Shown: positions 46,287-47,770 of the stretch, piece after piece | How the letters are laid out: each line of letters begins with the position of its first letter | Position numbering within the stretch: position 1 is the first letter of the stretch | From: Octopus bimaculoides | Lineage: Eukaryota | Assembly (NCBI RefSeq): GCF_001194135.2 | Contig: NC_068994.1 | Coordinates: 7,058,407 to 7,106,176, forward strand | Direction: 5' to 3' | Length of the DNA: 47,770 nt | Made by a program: the position numbers and the translations under genes | Notes under the pieces: generated by a model | The model's input: only the letters and a program-made list of their open reading frames with translations | Told to the model about the DNA's origin: nothing | Databases searched by the model: none

Positions 46287-46770
46287 NNNNNNNNNNTACA
46301 TAAATATCTGTGTGTGTATGTGTTTGTATATGTGTATTCATACACATATACAAACACACACAGTGTGTGTGTGTGTGTGTGTGCGCACAGATTTGTAATA
46401 TATATATATGTTGCTAATGCTCCAGGGAACAGGGATGGATATTGCACATCCCTGAAAATATCTAGGACATTAGACTATATTTTTCAGAGGAAGGAAGAAT
46501 ATGCACCGTGTGTGTGTCTGTGCCTGCCTTTGTGTGTGTGGCTAAGCACCACCCCCACTCTCTCTCCCTCTCTGTTTGTGTGTGTCTGTGTCTGTGTGTG
46601 GTAGGAGTGCAAACCTTATCTAATATTACATAAATTTCATTTTATATCCAAATCACTTGTGGCTTCTCCTGGCTGGATTACAAGCTCACACATACACACA
46701 CACACACACATACATACTCACTTGCATACACACACATCTATCTGTGTGTATGTGTGTGTATATATATATA

Positions 46771-47770
46771 TAGTGAGAGCTGTGCAAGCCATGTACAGAG
46801 ACGCTGTCAGTAAGGTGAGGGTTGGCAATGAGTACAGTGAAGTATTCCGGGTAGAGGTAGGGGTCCACCAACGTTCTGTCCTCAGCCTCCTCCTATTTAT
46901 CATAGTCCTCCAGGCTATAACAGAGGAATTCAAGACAGGATGCCCCTGAGAACTCCTCTATGCTGATGACCTTGCACTAATTGTCGAGTCACTATCAGAA
47001 CTAGAGGAGAAGTTTCAGGTGTGGAAGCAAGGACTAGAATCGAAGGGCGTTAGAGTCAACCTAGCTAAAACCAAAGTCCTAATAAGTAGGAAGGTAGACA
47101 AAACACAAACCCCTTCAGGTAGATAGCCCTGCTCGATCTGTAGAAAAAGCATAGGTAGAAACTCCATAAGATGTACTCAGTGTAAGCTATGGACACATAA
47201 GAGGTGCAGCAATATCAAAGGAAGGCTAACTAGCAAGATAGTTTTTGTATGTGGCAGATGCTCAGGAGCAATAAACACTGAACATGTGCAGAAAACAACC
47301 TTTGCCATACTCCAGGGAGAAAAACTAGAAGTAGTTGATAGCTTCCACTACCTAGGTGACCAAGTTTGTAACGGAGGAGGGTGCACTGAAAGTGTAGCTG
47401 CTAGAATAAAAATAGCCTGGGCAAAGTTTAGAGAGCTCTTACCTCTGCTGGTGACAAAGGGCCTCTCACTCAGAGTAAAAGGCAGACTGTATGACGCATG
47501 TGTATGAACAGTCATGCTTCATGGCAGTGAAACATGGGCCGTGACTGCTAAAGACATGCGTAGGCTCACAAGGAATGAAGCCAGTATGCTCTGATGGATG
47601 TGTAATGTCAGTGTGCATACTAGACAGAGTGTAAGTACCTTGAGAGAAAAGTTGAACCTATGAAGCATCAGTTGTGGTGTGCAAGAGAGACGATTGCGTT
47701 GGTATGGTCATGTGGCGAGAATGGATGATGATAGCTGTATGAAAAAGTGCCACACCCTAGCAGTTGAGGG
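46771..47770 (+). mobile_element. RTE-clade LINE, 5'-truncated RT region, inactive, runs off the window
   Basis: A single frame gives GVHQRSVLSLLLF, ELLYADD (YADD 46959-70), VNLAKTKV, LEVVDSFHYLG, AWAKFREL, LHGSETW and RLRWYGHVARM. Five in-frame stops at 46947, 47124, 47505, 47592 and 47661. Confidence 0.95.

Noticed and set aside
46947-47663. All five RTE stops are TGA/TAG, which A-to-I editing could convert to Trp codons
   Set aside because: Three of them lie at expected Arg positions and fit ordinary C-to-T decay. The copy is 5'-truncated with no promoter or endonuclease, so neutral decay is simpler.

Overview
Repeat-dense, AT-rich eukaryotic (metazoan) draft-assembly window with about 19 N-gaps. 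The microsatellite load, SINE repertoire and C2H2 gene are most consistent with an octopod cephalopod; this is inference, not a database match. Two host genes are supportable. The first is the spliceosomal/mitotic protein Red (IK) on the minus strand (32128 to 29970, middle in a gap), with no intron in any sequenced part. The second is a 5'-incomplete tandem C2H2 zinc-finger ORF on the plus strand (44321-44935). The rest is microsatellite, at least six SINE-like families (my labels A-F), RTE and CR1 LINE fragments, mariner and maT transposase remnants, and piggyBac-, hAT- and Merlin-type MITEs, often nested. The most notable signals are: (1) a core-intact minimal type I hammerhead ribozyme with an unusually long stem II (15461-15596), plus other Penelope-like remnants; (2) a C4HC3 PHD-type finger inserted inside the reverse transcriptase of an RTE LINE (47130-47261); (3) the apparently intronless Red gene; (4) a 116-bp MITE with perfect 40-bp TIRs and an apparent 8-bp TSD; (5) a 264-bp foldback; (6) modular head/body/tail swapping among SINEs. 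No CRISPR, rRNA or genuine tRNA gene was found. Most ORFs in the track are microsatellite or gap artefacts. All alignments were made by eye.
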